Origin: Candidatus Dadabacteria bacterium
GTDB lineage: Bacteria > Desulfobacterota_D > UBA1144 > Nemesobacterales > CSP1-2
Direction of reading: 5' to 3'
NCBI GenBank assembly: GCA_963805855.1
Contig: CAWDVW010000007.1
Location: 1 to 64,000 of the forward strand
DNA length: 64,000 nucleotides
Position numbers and translations under genes: made by a program. Positions 29,801 through 40,476 of this stretch are shown here, in pieces. The notes below the pieces were generated by a model, which was not told where the DNA came from, ran no database searches, and saw nothing but the letters and a program-made list of their open reading frames with translations. Position 1 is the first letter of the stretch. Each line of letters begins with the position of its first letter.

Positions 29801-31469
29801 CGTTGAAATTGCGAGAGTTAGGCATTCGGTACCCGGGGTTTCTCTCATATCGCCACCGCCCCATCATGATATTTATAGTATTGAAGATCTATCTCAATTA
29901 ATCTATGACCTGAAGCATATAAATACGAGGGCAAAGGTAGCAGTGAAGCTTGTGGCAGAAGCCGGAGTTGGCACGGTAGCAGCAGGGGTAGCAAAGGGTT
30001 ATGCCGATGTAGTACATATAAGCGGACATGAAGGAGGTACCGGGGCATCACCCCTCGGCTCAATTAAGCATGCTGGCATTCCTTGGGAACTTGGACTTTC
30101 AGAGACTCAGCAGGTTCTTGTTCTAAATGATCTGAGAGGTCGCGTTGTTGTGAGGGTGGACGGTGGACTTAAAACAGGAAGGGATGTCGTAATTGCAGCG
30201 ATCCTCGGGGCTGAGGAATATGGTTTTGGTACGGCGTCTCTCGTAGCAATAGGTTGCGTCATGGCTAGGCAGTGCCACCTTAACACATGTCCTGTGGGAG
30301 TGGCTACACAGAAACCCGAGCTCAGGGCAAAATTCCCTGGCTCTCCTGAGCACCTTGTGAATTTTCTCTTTGGAGTGGCACAGGAGGTGAGAGAAATACT
30401 TTCATCGCTTGGCTTCAGGAAGCTGGATGACGTAATTGGCCGTACTGAACTTCTTGAGCCCAGGTATGACGCCGAACTACCTAAAACTAAGGATATTGAT
30501 CTAAGTGCATTATTAGCTGATCCAGATCCAAGTGGCGGTAAACCAAGGTTCCATATTAAAGAGAGGAATGATAGGGTAGACGCCCCATTAGACAACATTA
30601 TTCTTCAAGACGCCATGGATGCTATTGCAGGAAAGGAGCCAGTTAGAATTAGATCTGAGATACGAAATACAAATCGTACGGTTGGTGCCATGGTAGCTGG
30701 GGAGATCGCTTTTAGATACGGGGATAAGGGACTCCCGGAGGGTACGATAGAGATAAGCTTTAGAGGCAGTGCAGGACAGAGTTTTGGGGCGTTTTCCATT
30801 AACGGCATGAGGTTAATTCTTGAGGGTGAAGCGAACGACTATGTAGGTAAGGGTATGCATGGGGGAGAAATTGTAATAAAGCCTCCGATCGGTTCAAAGT
30901 TCCTATCTCATAAGAATGTAATAATAGGAAATACGGTTATGTACGGTGCCACCGGTGGGGCGCTATACGTCGCGGGGCATGCCGGAGAAAGATTCTGTGT
31001 GAGAAATAGCGGTGGCAATGCAGTGATAGAAGGTCTCGGTGATCACGGGTGTGAGTATATGACGGGGGGAACTGTCGTAGTGCTAGGGGATACGGGAAGG
31101 AATTTTGGTGCCGGTATGACTGGTGGCATTGCCTATATACTGGATGAGAATAGCTCTTTTCCAGCGAAGCTTCATAGTCAGTTTGTAACGCACGAAAGGG
31201 TCATCGAAGAAGAAGACATAAATATTATGAGATCCATGATTACTAGGCATTATGAAGTTACTGAGAGCGAGCGTTCGGAAGACATTTTAAAAAACTTTAC
31301 GCACTATCTACCACTTTTCTGGAAAGTTATACCATTGGAGAGTATCAAGCTATTAGAAGATCAAAAGAAGGCGGCGAAGGATGATTTAAAGTTGTCAGTC
31401 CCAAAGGATGAATCTCAAACGGGTGTTGTAGCTTTAACGAACGACAGAGTCTCGGATCTTAAGCACTGA
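26873..31469 (+). CDS. gltB: Glutamate synthase large subunit; split by an apparent +1 indel near 27425-27437
   Basis: 'EHDACGVGF', 'HRGA..AD..TGDGAG'; the alternate frame from ~27438 reads 'DGFYIPSFSHRTIVYKG...FHQRYSTNTFP...GHNGEIN'; 'KQVASGRFGV', 'CVMARQCHLNTC', GXGXG domain. Confidence 0.93.
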
Positions 31470-31570
31470 ATTAAGATTGTTACAGATTTCTTTCATAGGC
31501 TCTCTGGTATCGGTAAGATTAAACCGCAATCGGAAAGGTCGGAGGTTCTGAAGACCACGTTAGATGTTTG

Positions 31571-32098
31571 TTATTTTTGTATGTAGCCTAATTCTTTCAA
31601 AACGCCCAAGATCTTTTCTACGCTTTCATCCATAGTCTCAATATTTGTTTCGAGTGTTATCTCAGGCTGAAGGGGTTCTTCATAGGGGTCTGATATCCCG
31701 GTGAAATTAGCTATTTCACCTGAAATTGCCCTTTTGTATAGTCCCTTTACATCTCTTTTAATGCATTCCTCGATTGGACATTTGACATAGATCTCAACGA
31801 ATCTGCCAATCTCCCCTCTTGCTTCGTCTCTTATCTCTCTATAAGGCGATATTGCACATGTAATCGCAACTCCTCCACACCTTGTAATTATGTTTGCGAC
31901 ATATGAGATCCTTCTTATATTCTCATCCCTGTCTTCTTTGGAAAAACCTAATCCTTTGGATAATCTTAATCTTACTTCATCGCCGTCCAAAACTTCAGTA
32001 TGGAATCCCATATGAGTTAATCTAGTCGCAACCATTCTCGCTAGGGTTGATTTTCCGGAACTGGGTAGCCCAGTAAACCATAAAGTATAACCTTTCAA
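31571..32098 (-). CDS. cysC: Adenylyl-sulfate kinase
   Basis: 'WFTGLPSSGKST', 'LDGDEVR', 'GLGFSKEDRDENIRR', 'RDVKGLY', 'FTGISDPYE'. Confidence 0.96.
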   Translation of the reverse strand: MKGYTLWFTGLPSSGKSTLARMVATRLTHMGFHTEVLDGDEVRLRLSKGLGFSKEDRDENIRRISYVANIITRCGGVAITCAISPYREIRDEARGEIGRFVEIYVKCPIEECIKRDVKGLYKRAISGEIANFTGISDPYEEPLQPEITLETNIETMDESVEKILGVLKELGYIQK

Positions 32099-32196
32099 AG
32101 CTATTCTCCTTTTAATTGACTCGGATTGTTTGTTGATTCAAATGCCGAAAATGGCGCTTCAGTAGGAATTCTAATTATGCTATATCCATTTCCGGT

Positions 32197-33807
32197 CTAT
32201 GCTGCTTTTTTCTTTAAGGCGGAGTTGGCAAGTTTTTCTGCCTTTTCTATTCCATCTGTTGAGGCTGATATTAAATTCAAGGATTTTTCACCTATCTCTA
32301 AAGTTAAGTTGAAGTCGTTGCCAATTTCCTTCTCATAATCTGCGATTGGATTTATTATTTTTTCTAAATATCTTTTAAAGGAATCCAATGTCCTTCTCCT
32401 TACTTTTCCATAACCCTTTACCATGCTTCCACTCTTTGCAACTAGGCATCCCAGTGCATAGTTTGTTTTGGAGTATCTCTCCACATAGGCTACATATGTT
32501 TTTATGTATGAATGTTCTTTCTTGAATCTGTAAGAATAAGGTCTAAATTTTTTGAGTTTCGTCAGCACCCATAGTCTCAAACTCCCAAAAAATGAAGATG
32601 TCGTAGGAGATTGGGCAAAGGTTATCTTATTACTACTAGACCAAATCTTTTTGAACAACCCAGTATCTGTTAGTTTTACCATCGGTGACACCAAGAAATT
32701 TGGTAGTAGTCCGTAAATCTCTTCGGCATCCGGATTGAGGTAATCTATTACATGAAAAACTTGATCGTCGCGCAATTGCATTTCCTTCTGTATGCGTTTA
32801 AATCTTTCCGGGTTAATCTTAAGCTCTGCCACCCGAATTCCATCTTCATAACTCATCCAAAGGGCTAGGTTCTTTGCAAATGATTCGGTGAGCAAAAAGC
32901 TGTTAAAGCCCGAGTTTTTATCTATTTGGTAAATATTCTTCAATGTATCTAAATACTTTTCTGCGTACCATACGTCTTGATAATCAGTAAGACGATATAG
33001 AGACTCTGCGAGAATTTCTCTTAGCCTTTCGGGATATTCATTTTCAACTTTTAGTAATAAGGAGAATAGGCCCTCTTTCTTGCTAGGATCTACCCTGGCT
33101 AATCTGTCACTTTTTAGGTCATCCCACTTTAAGTCTGATTTTACTAAAGATATTTTATACTTATTTGACTTGATGTAGTCCCACCCTATTCTAAAAGCTT
33201 TGATGTTATTTTCAACTGCTATCCCTACTTGTGATATAGCTTTGAGAAAGCTAGCTTCTGCGATTGGTAAAGCTGCTGACGCACCCAGGGCCCCCAGGAG
33301 AATTGCGTTTATAGCTAGTTCATCCATTCCATGCTCTTTTGCTAGTGCAAGGGCGTCCAGACCAACAAATCTTGAAGAGAACGCGGTTGCTAACTTGTGC
33401 AGGTTCTCGTCAGAGTAGATACCGCTAGAGAGGGGCATTTTTTCGAGAGTTGAGTAAATCCTATGTGTGCTAGAGACGATCTTTGTTTTATCTGATCCGT
33501 ATCCGAGTTCTAACACTCTTCCGAGTTCCAAGAACTCCTGGGCCAAAATAATATCAATATCCCCCGGCAAAGGGTATTGAGAAAAAATTATTGGTTTTGG
33601 ATCGGGTTTTACATTTGAATAAGATTCGAGATAGTACATTGTTGACCCGCCACGCTGCGAGAGCCCGGGGAGTCCGACTCCTTGCACCTCAAATCCCTCA
33701 ATCAGAAATAGTTGGACGAGCCATTCTGTGAGAACTCCTCCACCCTGACCTCCGACTGCGGGAATTAGGATCTTTATTAATTTGTTATTTCTATCCATTA
33801 TTTTCAC
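32197..33807 (-). CDS. iorB: Indolepyruvate:ferredoxin oxidoreductase beta subunit, long form with C-terminal extension
   Basis: 'AVGGQGGGVL', 'GLSQRGGST'; C-terminal 'LTDYQD..YA..YL', 'LALWMSYED.IRVA.LK', 'VKGYG'. Confidence 0.82.
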   Translation of the reverse strand: MKIMDRNNKLIKILIPAVGGQGGGVLTEWLVQLFLIEGFEVQGVGLPGLSQRGGSTMYYLESYSNVKPDPKPIIFSQYPLPGDIDIILAQEFLELGRVLELGYGSDKTKIVSSTHRIYSTLEKMPLSSGIYSDENLHKLATAFSSRFVGLDALALAKEHGMDELAINAILLGALGASAALPIAEASFLKAISQVGIAVENNIKAFRIGWDYIKSNKYKISLVKSDLKWDDLKSDRLARVDPSKKEGLFSLLLKVENEYPERLREILAESLYRLTDYQDVWYAEKYLDTLKNIYQIDKNSGFNSFLLTESFAKNLALWMSYEDGIRVAELKINPERFKRIQKEMQLRDDQVFHVIDYLNPDAEEIYGLLPNFLVSPMVKLTDTGLFKKIWSSSNKITFAQSPTTSSFFGSLRLWVLTKLKKFRPYSYRFKKEHSYIKTYVAYVERYSKTNYALGCLVAKSGSMVKGYGKVRRRTLDSFKRYLEKIINPIADYEKEIGNDFNLTLEIGEKSLNLISASTDGIEKAEKLANSALKKKAA

Positions 33808-33878
33808 GCTTAAGATCAGGCAGATCGCCCTAAATCAAATTCAAAGTAGAAGGTACAATTGATTGCAATAGTGTGTCT

Positions 33879-36014
33879 TCAGTTTGCCATTACGTTTTTT
33901 GAAATTAAGTGCAGCAGCATGCCGTTAACCTTAGACTCAAACTTATCGACTAATGAGGGGTTATCTATTATTTCTACCTTGTAAAATGATGGACATAATA
34001 CAGCAGCGTGAGCTATTTCTCCACATAGACCACATCCAACACAAGACTGCTCAATGTGTGCGATTGGATCGTCCCTCAGGATCGAGGGACTTTCTTTTAA
34101 TGTAAGCGACGGACAACCGTTATATCTCATACAGGAGTGATCACCGGTGCAGACATCAGGGTCCACACCGAGTTTTGCCTGCACCAATCTTTTTCCTGAC
34201 TTTATCCTCTTACTTATTAATTTTCTCTCTTTTCTGGTCTTCTCAAGTTGGCACTCGCCCTTTGAGATAATCACTTTAAGACCTTCATTAGTTTCATATG
34301 CTTTTCGAAGAACATTCAAAGATTCCTTTAAATCGTAGGGATCAACCTTTTTTATCCATTTAACGCCCGCCCCCTTTAATGCTTTTTCAATATCCATTCC
34401 TACTTCTTCCTGCCTCATATTTTTTCCAGAGGCTGGATTTTCATGATGTCCTGTCATTGACGTCCAGAAATTTTCTAATATGACTAATATAGCATCCTGC
34501 TTATTATAAACAGCATTTATTATGCTTGTCGTAAGACCACTGTGCCAGAAGGTCCCGTCACCCATAAAGGAAATTATTCTTTTGTTTGCCATGCGAGATA
34601 GTGCTCCTGCGGAAGCAAGTCCGATGCCCATTCCTGTGATGGAGTTACTAAGATCAAATGGGGGGAGACCACTCATTGAATAGCAACCAATATCAGATGC
34701 ATAATAAGATTTACCGTAATCCTCTTCCAATATTTTTATAGCTGTGAATATCGGCCGTTCGGGACAACCGGTGCAAAATACAGGGTTTCTCTTTGTAACT
34801 GGTTCGTCCAAAAAGTGGGCGGCCTTTTCTTTGTGTTTTGCAACAAATTCGCTTTGCTCCTGTATTTTCTGCTTTTCTTGTCTTGAAAGGGTGTTTTCGA
34901 TAATAAAGGTGCCAATTCCCTTTGTAATGTGATCAGGTGTATATTCTCCTTCCTGAGGAAGAATGTCTTTGCCAAAAATCTCAAGATCGAGTTTCGATCT
35001 TTGCGCTATCGACCTGATCTGCTCTTCAATTAGGTTTGGCATCCCCTCTTCCACTATTAAGACCGCTTTTTTGCCCTTAAGAAAATTAATGATTTCTTCG
35101 GGAACAATTGGATTAGTTACGTTCAAATTCAATATTGGGAACCTACATTCCCCATTGAGATTGGATTCACCTAAATTGTATAAACATCTTATCAAAGAGT
35201 TAAATATCATCCCGTGTGTAATTATTCCGATACTGTTATCTTCGCCCTGAAAAACCTCGTTCAAGTTGTTGTCTATTATAAATTTTCTTGCGGCAGGTAT
35301 CCTTTCATGAAACTTTTTTCTTTCGTGTTCGAAAGTAAATGGCGGAAGAGGGATCTTTTCCAGATCCGTGATCAAGTCGTTGAGCGGGGTTAAGGTGCTA
35401 ATTTTTGGCAAAACGTTATTTTTACACTTAATCTTATTCCTGATGTGTGCGATCCTCGTAGATAAAAGAAACATCACCGGCATGTTAGAGGATTCTGATA
35501 ATCCGAACCCGTATTCGACCATCTTGGCAACATGTTGCAGGTCACCCCTCGGATCGATCACGGCCATGGTGGATTTTAGAGCCAACGGAAGCGCTTTTTC
35601 TGCAACACATGTGCTGTCACAACCGTAGTCTTCTCCAACAACTATCATTGCACCACCGACTACACCCGACGAGGATATATGGGCTAGCGCATCGGAGGCG
35701 ACATTAGTTCCAACTATTTTCCAGTTTGCAGATCCACGAATCGGGTAACTTATTGAAGCGGATAGTAGCGCAGCTGCAGACGCTTCGTTACCAGAGCTGT
35801 CAAAGTAGATTCCCCTATTCTTTAATACAGGTTCGTATGCATCAGAAATTGCGTCGATTATTCCGGCGGTTGGGGAGCCGGGGTATCCTCCTAGATAGCT
35901 CACGCCAGATTGAAGGAATGCCTTTAATATTACGAGGGGAGTGTCACCATAAAGTATTTTCCCTTCGCCAAGGTTTAATTGTTCTATTATCTCTTTTGAG
36001 TAGACACTTCCCAT
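33879..36014 (-). CDS. iorA: Indolepyruvate:ferredoxin oxidoreductase alpha subunit
   Basis: 'GYPGSP', 'NEASA', 'FCTGCPERP', 'DIGCY', TPP motif 'GDGTFWHSG..N', ferredoxin 'CVGCGLC'. Confidence 0.9.
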   Translation of the reverse strand: MGSVYSKEIIEQLNLGEGKILYGDTPLVILKAFLQSGVSYLGGYPGSPTAGIIDAISDAYEPVLKNRGIYFDSSGNEASAAALLSASISYPIRGSANWKIVGTNVASDALAHISSSGVVGGAMIVVGEDYGCDSTCVAEKALPLALKSTMAVIDPRGDLQHVAKMVEYGFGLSESSNMPVMFLLSTRIAHIRNKIKCKNNVLPKISTLTPLNDLITDLEKIPLPPFTFEHERKKFHERIPAARKFIIDNNLNEVFQGEDNSIGIITHGMIFNSLIRCLYNLGESNLNGECRFPILNLNVTNPIVPEEIINFLKGKKAVLIVEEGMPNLIEEQIRSIAQRSKLDLEIFGKDILPQEGEYTPDHITKGIGTFIIENTLSRQEKQKIQEQSEFVAKHKEKAAHFLDEPVTKRNPVFCTGCPERPIFTAIKILEEDYGKSYYASDIGCYSMSGLPPFDLSNSITGMGIGLASAGALSRMANKRIISFMGDGTFWHSGLTTSIINAVYNKQDAILVILENFWTSMTGHHENPASGKNMRQEEVGMDIEKALKGAGVKWIKKVDPYDLKESLNVLRKAYETNEGLKVIISKGECQLEKTRKERKLISKRIKSGKRLVQAKLGVDPDVCTGDHSCMRYNGCPSLTLKESPSILRDDPIAHIEQSCVGCGLCGEIAHAAVLCPSFYKVEIIDNPSLVDKFESKVNGMLLHLISKNVMAN

Positions 36015-36104
36015 TTCTAATCTTGCCTAATTAGCTCTCGCCACCTATTAGTTATCTTGCAAAGTCTACCAGAAAACGCTTGGAGATACTAGGGCAGTTG
36101 ATTC

Positions 36105-36827
36105 TCAAGGTTTTGTCATAGCGTCCTGCATCTTTCTCTTTAACTCTGCCACAAACATATCTGCCTGTCTTGTTGGTCCGGGTATTCTAAAGCCATTTGC
36201 GCATCGAAGTGTCACTCTTATCGAGGTCTTGAGATCGATTCTGTGTCCGATAGAAACAAAGACCGGCCTTGTATTATTTCTCGTTCTTAACACGGCGCCT
36301 ATTGATTTCCCATTGTGTGAGCTGAGTTCCGTCCAGTCTCCTCGCATCTCTCCCGGCTCATCGAAACTGCCATAGAGCCGTTTTTTCGCCACCCCAATTG
36401 ATGGCATGTCCAGTATTACCCCTACATGGCTGGCAATCCCACACCCTCTTGGGTGAGCAATTCCCTGCCCATCTACCATTAGCATGTCGGGCTTCGTTTT
36501 AAGTTGTTTGACAGTCCCAATTATCGCTGGGCCTTCTCTGAAAGCAAGGAGTCCGGGAATGTAAGGAAATACTACCCTTACGATAGCAGAACATCTTTCA
36601 ATCTCTATAAGCTCAGGAAATGAGTACACCAGGATGCCACATATAAGTTGTTCCCCTCCCTGAATTTGTGCGAGGTCTACTCCGGCAATCGTATTTATTT
36701 CTCGAAAACCATTCTGTGCTATAACCCTTTTCTGAAGCTCCCGCTGAATTGCCAATGCCTCTTCATAAAGGGGTTTATACTCAGGGTCGGTTATCCTTTC
36801 GAGATTAATGCGCTCCATATTTTTCAC
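36105..36827 (-). CDS. nfi: Endonuclease V
   Basis: 'IAGVD', 'FPYIPGLLAFRE', 'VDGQGIAHPRGCGIASH', 'IGVAK', 'PVFVSIGH', 'PTRQAD'. Confidence 0.95.
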   Translation of the reverse strand: MKNMERINLERITDPEYKPLYEEALAIQRELQKRVIAQNGFREINTIAGVDLAQIQGGEQLICGILVYSFPELIEIERCSAIVRVVFPYIPGLLAFREGPAIIGTVKQLKTKPDMLMVDGQGIAHPRGCGIASHVGVILDMPSIGVAKKRLYGSFDEPGEMRGDWTELSSHNGKSIGAVLRTRNNTRPVFVSIGHRIDLKTSIRVTLRCANGFRIPGPTRQADMFVAELKRKMQDAMTKP

Positions 36828-37056
36828 TAATCAATCTTTTGAATCTAGGGGCATAAATAATTTCGAACGCGTCTTCCTTGCCGGGAAAGAGCCTCAATGC
36901 GTAGTTTTTGACTTTAACATAATGCTCCAGGGCTTCTTCTCGAGTCATGTTCGCCTGGTATATCAAAGAAAGGGTGAGATCAACCATAAACCTCAGTCTT
37001 CTGATCTTCTTATTTTCTTCTTTTATTTCCTCTGGAGAAGGTCCTTGCAGTTTCAT
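36805..37056 (-). CDS. Small helical hypothetical protein
   Basis: 83-aa ORF overlapping the nfi start; 'LFPGKEDAFEIIYAPRFKRL'. Confidence 0.7.
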   Translation of the reverse strand: MKLQGPSPEEIKEENKKIRRLRFMVDLTLSLIYQANMTREEALEHYVKVKNYALRLFPGKEDAFEIIYAPRFKRLISEKYGAH

Positions 37057-37229
37057 TTATCCGAGTTTTTTAAAACCTGAGATATCTATCCATTATTATA
37101 TATTTAGGAAGATTATATTCAAAACCTAGCGTTTTAAATTTTACAGTTTTTTGACTGCTACATCTGGCTCTGGTAATAAGATTAACAAGCCAGAGATAGC
37201 ATTTTGAGATTGCATGTCTTTGGTTTTTC

Positions 37230-38243
37230 TTGAACAACGAGCAAGTGTTAGATAGATTTAAGGGCATGAGTCTCCGAATGGCCTTCATCATGGATCCGAT
37301 TCATACGATTAATATCGACAAAGATACTACGTTTGTCTTTATGCTCGAGTCACAAGAGAGAGGCCATGAGGTCTGGTATACTGAGCTTAAGGATATCTTC
37401 GTACGAGATGGCAGGGTTTGGGGGACTGTTTCGGAGATCAGTTTAAATCGGTCTGCTGATTATTATAAATTGGGTAGAGTAGATACTGCTCCTCTTGAGA
37501 GCTTTCACGTTGTTTGGATGAGGAAAGACCCTCCCTTCAATTTAGACTACATATACGCTACATATTTTCTCAGCTTGATTGATCCCGGCTCGACGCTTGT
37601 TATAAATAATCCAAGGGGAATAAGGGAATCGAACGAGAAGTTATATACACTCTACTTTCCGGATATTATTCCACCGAGTCTTGTTGCTAAGGATATAGAT
37701 CGCTTAGGGAATTTTGTTAGTGAAGTTGGGGGGGAGATAGTTGTAAAACCACTGGATGGCCACGGTGGCGAGGGGGTTTTCTATGTGAGGGAAGGTGATA
37801 AAAACGCTAACGTTATTCTTGAGACAGTAACTGAGTTTGGGAGTCGATATATACTCGCTCAAAAGTTTATAAAAGAGGTGTCAGAGGGTGACAAGAGGAT
37901 TGTTTTATTGAACGGCGAACCCCTTGGGGCTGTTCTTAGGCTTTCCAAACCGGGTGGTGAGTTTAGATGCAATTTTCACTCAGGAGGAAGTCCCCATAAA
38001 TCGAAGATTGACGAGAGAGATTTACTAATTTGCGAAGCCTTAGCTCCCAGGTTGAGGGATGATGGGCTCTATTTTGTAGGCATTGATATTGTTGGAGGTT
38101 ATCTGACGGAAATAAACACTACCAGTCCTACAGGGGTACAGGAAATAAATAGATTAGATGGGGCTAAGCTGGAAGCTCAGGTCTTAGATTTTGTTGAGAG
38201 GAAATGTCAAAGTTCTAACCACGAAATTGGTTATAACAATTGA
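37230..38243 (+). CDS. gshB: Glutathione synthetase
   Basis: 'FIMDP', 'KDTTF', 'MRKDPPF', 'NEKL', 'KPLDGHGG', 'GDKR', 'TEINTTSPTG'; true start may be 37266. Confidence 0.95.
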   Translation: MNNEQVLDRFKGMSLRMAFIMDPIHTINIDKDTTFVFMLESQERGHEVWYTELKDIFVRDGRVWGTVSEISLNRSADYYKLGRVDTAPLESFHVVWMRKDPPFNLDYIYATYFLSLIDPGSTLVINNPRGIRESNEKLYTLYFPDIIPPSLVAKDIDRLGNFVSEVGGEIVVKPLDGHGGEGVFYVREGDKNANVILETVTEFGSRYILAQKFIKEVSEGDKRIVLLNGEPLGAVLRLSKPGGEFRCNFHSGGSPHKSKIDERDLLICEALAPRLRDDGLYFVGIDIVGGYLTEINTTSPTGVQEINRLDGAKLEAQVLDFVERKCQSSNHEIGYNN

Positions 38244-38376
38244 AATGTAGTGAAACTATATTTTTATAGATGTGATGGCCGATCCTCAGTGTTAAATTTA
38301 TATTAAGGTCAATTAGCCGGTTGAGAATTCATCTCGGTGAAGTCATATACTCTTACATGACTCAAGGAGCAAAAAG

Positions 38377-38667
38377 ATGAGAATCTCGAGAGAAACTGTC
38401 TTACATGTTGCTGAACTGGCAAGGTTGGAGTTCCAGGAGAATGAGCTTGATAAGTTTCGAGAACAACTAGAAAATATTCTTGGTTATATAGAAAATCTCA
38501 ATAAGCTAGACACCTCCGGCGTAGAACCAACTTATCACGTATTAGAGATTAATACTCCCCTAAGAAGGGATATAGTCGAACCATGGCTTAGCGTCGATCA
38601 GGCTTTAGAGAATTCTCCAGATAGAGAGCATGATTTCTTTGCCGTTCCCAAGGTAATAGAAGGATAA
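38377..38667 (+). CDS. gatC: Asp/Glu-tRNA amidotransferase subunit C
   Basis: 'HVAELARL', 'LDTSGVEPT', 'FFAVPKVI'. Confidence 0.95.
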   Translation: MRISRETVLHVAELARLEFQENELDKFREQLENILGYIENLNKLDTSGVEPTYHVLEINTPLRRDIVEPWLSVDQALENSPDREHDFFAVPKVIEG

Positions 38668-38677
38668 GGAGAAGCAA

Positions 38678-40180
38678 ATGGATCTGCCGTTTCTTACGAT
38701 ACGAGAGACTTCTGATTTGATTAGGCGGAGAGAAGTTTCATCCCTTGATCTTACACAATCGTTACTGAGTCGGATAGAGAAGCTCGATAGCAGGCTGAAT
38801 TCATACATAACTGTTCTCAAAGATCAATCGGCTGAGTCCGCAAAGGAGGCTGATAGAGAAATTGCTTCCGGCAATTACCGGAGTCCGCTGCATGGGATAC
38901 CAATTAGTCTTAAGGATATATTCGTTATGATGGGTGTGCGAACAACATGTGGCTCGAAGATATTGGAGAACTTTGTGTCTCCCTATGACTCGACCGTTGC
39001 GAAAAAACTCAAAGCTGCGGGAGCAATAATATTGGGGAAAAGCAATATGGATGAATTCGCCATGGGATCATCTACGGAAACTTCATATTTTGGTCCCACG
39101 ATGAACCCATGGGATTTGGAAAGGGTTCCAGGCGGCTCTAGCGGGGGTTCTGCTTCCGCGGTTGCGGCTTCACTTTGCTTTGCTTCGGTCGGAACCGATA
39201 CAGGGGGCTCAATCAGGCAGCCTGCAGCCCTTTGTGGCGTCGTCGGCATGAAACCCACTTATGGTAGGGTGAGCAGATTTGGTATGATTGCGTTTGCTTC
39301 GTCTCTCGATCAGGGGGGGCCTATAGCCAAATCGGTCGAGGATGCTGCAATTATGCTGAAATTAATCTCAGGGGGCGATTCTAGGGATTCGACCTCCCTA
39401 AATATTTCTGTTCCCGATTACAGGGAATGCCTTAAAGAAGGTATCAGGGGTATCAGGATAGGGGTTCCTCAAGAATATTTTGTTAAGGGAATAGATAGCG
39501 AGGTCGAGCAAGCAATACGAGGTGCTATAGCTTTGGTTGAAGATCTTGGTGGCGATGTAGAAGAAATTTCACTTCCCCACACTGAGTATGCAGTTTCAGC
39601 TTACTACATCATTGCCCCTTCCGAGGCTAGCTCAAACCTGGCAAGGTATGATGGGGTCCGTTATGGCCTTCGAATGACCGAAGCTAAGAGCCTTTTTGAT
39701 ATGTATAGGGAAACCAGAGCTGCCGGATTTGGTGACGAGGTTAAAAGAAGAATAATGATAGGTACTTATGGACTATCTGCCGGTTATTATGATGCCTACT
39801 ATTTGAAGGCCCAGCGTGTTAGGACTCTCATAAAAAGGGATTTTGAGGAAGCCTTTAAAAAAGTCGACGTAATCGTGACACCGACAACCCCGGAACCTGC
39901 CTTTAGGATCGGTGAGAAAAGTGATGATCCACTTAAGATGTATCTTTCAGATATTTTTACGATTCCTTGTAACCTCGCAGGGCTTCCCGGCATATCCATA
40001 CCGTGTGGGTTTACGACAAATGGTCTTCCCATAGGACTTCAGATTCTTGGGAAGCCATTCGATGAAGAAACGATATTAAGGGTAGCCTACGCCTATGAAC
40101 AGCACACAAATTGGGGGAAAGAAGACCCTCAATTTGATCAGAATGCAGGATTCATGATGCAAGATACAGGATACAATTAA
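38678..40180 (+). CDS. gatA: Asp/Glu-tRNA amidotransferase subunit A (true stop probably 40137)
   Basis: '[10 protein letters not shown]', 'DEFAMGSS', 'PGGSSGGS', '[10 protein letters not shown]', 'SNLARYDG', 'EVKRRIMIG'. Confidence 0.97.
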   Translation: MDLPFLTIRETSDLIRRREVSSLDLTQSLLSRIEKLDSRLNSYITVLKDQSAESAKEADREIASGNYRSPLHGIPISLKDIFVMMGVRTTCGSKILENFVSPYDSTVAKKLKAAGAIILGKSNMDEFAMGSSTETSYFGPTMNPWDLERVPGGSSGGSASAVAASLCFASVGTDTGGSIRQPAALCGVVGMKPTYGRVSRFGMIAFASSLDQGGPIAKSVEDAAIMLKLISGGDSRDSTSLNISVPDYRECLKEGIRGIRIGVPQEYFVKGIDSEVEQAIRGAIALVEDLGGDVEEISLPHTEYAVSAYYIIAPSEASSNLARYDGVRYGLRMTEAKSLFDMYRETRAAGFGDEVKRRIMIGTYGLSAGYYDAYYLKAQRVRTLIKRDFEEAFKKVDVIVTPTTPEPAFRIGEKSDDPLKMYLSDIFTIPCNLAGLPGISIPCGFTTNGLPIGLQILGKPFDEETILRVAYAYEQHTNWGKEDPQFDQNAGFMMQDTGYN

Positions 40181-40216
40181 AACGATTGCTTTATCATGCA
40201 TCATGTATCGTGTATC
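40142..40216. repeat. Inverted heptamer-array hairpin
   Basis: 5 GATRCAN-type units, a 12-nt loop, 4 complementary NTGYATC-type units. Confidence 0.75.
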
Positions 40217-40272
40217 GTTATGTTAGACTCTGAGGTTGGCGATTGTTTCTTGTGAAAAAGGGAGGTCGAGAT

Positions 40273-40452
40273 ATGTCCGAAAAGAAAAAGGTGTGTATGA
40301 TTTGTGGAAGGCCGTCCGAAGTTACAATCTGTGACGCGTGTAAAGCCCAGATTCAGGGTGAAGCAATTGATAAAAAGAAAAAAATGGAAAAGGACGTCAG
40401 GGTAGGCGACGAAATTGAGAAAGACAGGAAAATAAAACATAAGGGTGAGTAG
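40273..40452 (+). CDS. Small basic protein with a 2x CxxC zinc-finger-like motif
   Basis: GGAGGT RBS at 40261, ATG 40273; 'CMICGRPSEVTICDAC'. Confidence 0.72.
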   Translation: MSEKKKVCMICGRPSEVTICDACKAQIQGEAIDKKKKMEKDVRVGDEIEKDRKIKHKGE

Positions 40453-40476
40453 AATTCTGGTGGGGTATCTTTAAAA

